Positions 62,375 through 64,000 of a stretch of DNA of 64,000 nucleotides are shown one piece after another. Origin of the DNA: Phaeosaccion multiseriatum (taxonomy: Eukaryota; Protista; Ochrophyta, other classes); contig OZ218951.1 of assembly GCA_965112735.1 (NCBI GenBank), positions 1,860,001 to 1,924,000 of the forward strand, given 5' to 3'. The notes beneath the pieces were generated by a model. It worked only from the letters and a program-made list of their open reading frames with translations, made no database searches and was not told the DNA's origin. Positions within the stretch are counted from its first letter, which is position 1. Every line of letters starts with the position of its first letter. The translations under genes and the position numbers were made by a program.

Positions 62375-64000
62375 TCAGGAGCGGGTAGGCGTCGGCGCCG
62401 CTTCCAAGCCGTTTCCTTCGCCCCTCATGTCCTCTCGTTCTCCCTGTTCGCTCTCCGCACTACTTTTTGTTGTGCTTGATGGCAAAATTGGTGTGTGCTC
62501 TCTCTCTTCTTGTCCTCCTCCCCCTTCTCCTCCACCATCTCCTCCTCCTCTCCCTTCGCAGGAGCTGCACGTCGTGGCCTTGACATTGACGAGCACGAAG
62601 CCGCCCACCACGCACAGCGCACCCACCGCAGAAGCCAAGGACGGCACCACCGAATGCAACAGAAAATCCGAAGCAAAGGCAAAAGGAACGCTCAGAGAGA
62701 GCCCCACGCTGGCCACAGTCGGGGTAGTAAGTACGACAGCCTTGGCCCAAAGCCAATCGCTGAGGACATTGTCCAACAGGCCCTTGAGAAGGACGAGGCC
62801 AAGGACTCGCCACGAAAGACCGGAGAAGGCGGTGGTGAAGACGGCGAGGAGGAGGACGACAGGACTGAGGAGCGTGGCGGTGGTGAGGCCCAAGTAACCG
62901 AGCACCACGGTGAGGCGAGTAGAAGGGGTGCTCTTTGCTCGGAGAAGGGTTGTATAGGCTGCGTACTGGGGGGTAGGGAGGGAGGGGGAGGGGAGGAGGA
63001 GGAGGCGGAGGAGGAGGAGGAGGAGGAGGAGGAGGAGGAGGAGGAGGAGGAGGAGGGTATGGGTGTTAGGATAGCAGCAGGGGTAGTGAAGGAGTGCGAG
63101 AGAAGCGAGAGAAGCGAGAGACAGGACGTAGAAACCGAGCTGGTCAAGGCAGGTCGCTGGTGATGGCAATGATGATGCATAAGCATAAGAGAGGATGGGA
63201 CCCGGCGTAAGTATAAGAGTGTAAGAGTATAAGAGTAGACACATGGGAGAGAGGATGGGGCGACACGTACCAACACAGCCGAGCAAAGCGCCAGCAAGTC
63301 CCCCCCCAGCAAGCCCTGAGAAGCGTGGTCAGCGAACGCTCCTCCTCCTCCTCCTCCTCCTCCTCCTCCTCCTCCTCCTCCTCCTCCTGCTGCTGCTGCT
63401 GCTTCTCCGTCTGCCCCTCCTTTCTCATCCTGCAGCGCCACGAGGACGGAACCCCCCATGCACAGCATAACCCCAACAGCCTTGAGCAGAGAGGCGCGCT
63501 CCCCACTGCACAGCACGCTGAACAAGAAGGTGAAGAGAGTGGAGGTCGAGCTGATGATGGTGCTGCTCGTCACGCTGCGGAGGGGTGGGTTGGGGCACAG
63601 CCAGGAGGGGTGGTGTAGAGGTTGCGCGAGGGAGAGGGGGGAAGGGGACGTCTAAAGTTTGGAAAGTGTATGCCCGGCGAGCCCAAGGCTACCCCCTCGC
63701 CCGCCTCTGCGTGTACGTTCGTGCATACCTACGTACGTACTTACGTGGTCAGTTTGAGAGACGAGTTGTAGGCCAAGTTGCCTGCGAACCACAGAGGAGC
63801 CATTGTGAGGCCCAGGCGGAACTCTGTCCTCCCCATGAGCTGCACGCTAGTTCGGGCAAGTCTGTCGAACCCAGACCTCCTCTCGAAGGGCTCTGTCGCT
63901 GCTCGAGGAGAGGCACTCAGAGGAGAAGGCCTAGAGCTGATCTCAGCACTACAAGGCGCCGCACTTCCAATTTCACGTCCGACGGCTCCCGCTGAGGCAC
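62375..64000 (-). CDS. SLC35F/THI74-like drug-metabolite-superfamily transporter (5'-partial)
   Basis: APLWFAGNLAYNSSLKLTT|VTSSTIISSTSTLFTFLFS...KAVGVMLCMGGSVLV...GDLLALCSAVL|YAAYTTLL...LGYLGL...GLLDNVLSDWLWAKAVVLTTPTVASVGLSLSVPFAFASD. Confidence 0.88.

Noticed and set aside
1-64000. CRISPR arrays, tRNA/rRNA, riboswitches, transposase/RT ORFs, telomeric arrays
   Set aside because: None recognised by eye; the repeats are simple microsatellites without spacers. A covariance-model search would be needed to exclude small ncRNAs.

Overview
Intron-rich, GC-rich eukaryotic genomic DNA, most likely a photosynthetic stramenopile (ochrophyte). This is inferred from a bipartite signal+transit-type plastid leader on one gene and the ...LAGSGGRL C-terminus of eS1. 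About 15 protein-coding genes can be assembled by hand from splice sites: partial Cu/Zn-SOD-fold GPI-type protein (+), intronless algal/giant-virus-type ankyrin protein (-), SSX2IP/ADIP-like coiled-coil protein (+), ~1.5k-aa low-complexity orphan (-), plastid STN7/ORG1-like (pseudo)kinase (+), EMC4 (-), RPS3A (+), PX-domain protein (-), secretory ricin-like+ankyrin protein ending in GDEL (-), CHD-family remodeller (+), RPL19 (-), CLU/CLUH (+), METTL13/EEF1AKMT4-like methyltransferase (-), kinesin-8 (+) and a partial SLC35F/THI74-like transporter (-). No prokaryote-style system, CRISPR array, tRNA/rRNA or intact transposon was recognised. The most notable signals are: (i) introns polarised with G/GT-rich 5' halves and complementary C/CA-rich 3' halves, often with CA repeats replacing the polypyrimidine tract; (ii) six tight head-to-head gene pairs, two of which couple a ribosomal-protein gene to an organelle-linked translation factor and share a motif; (iii) a C-terminal PIP box on the CHD protein; (iv) an apparently ER-lumenal lectin-ankyrin protein. 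All gene models are manual and unverified by RNA-seq or database search.
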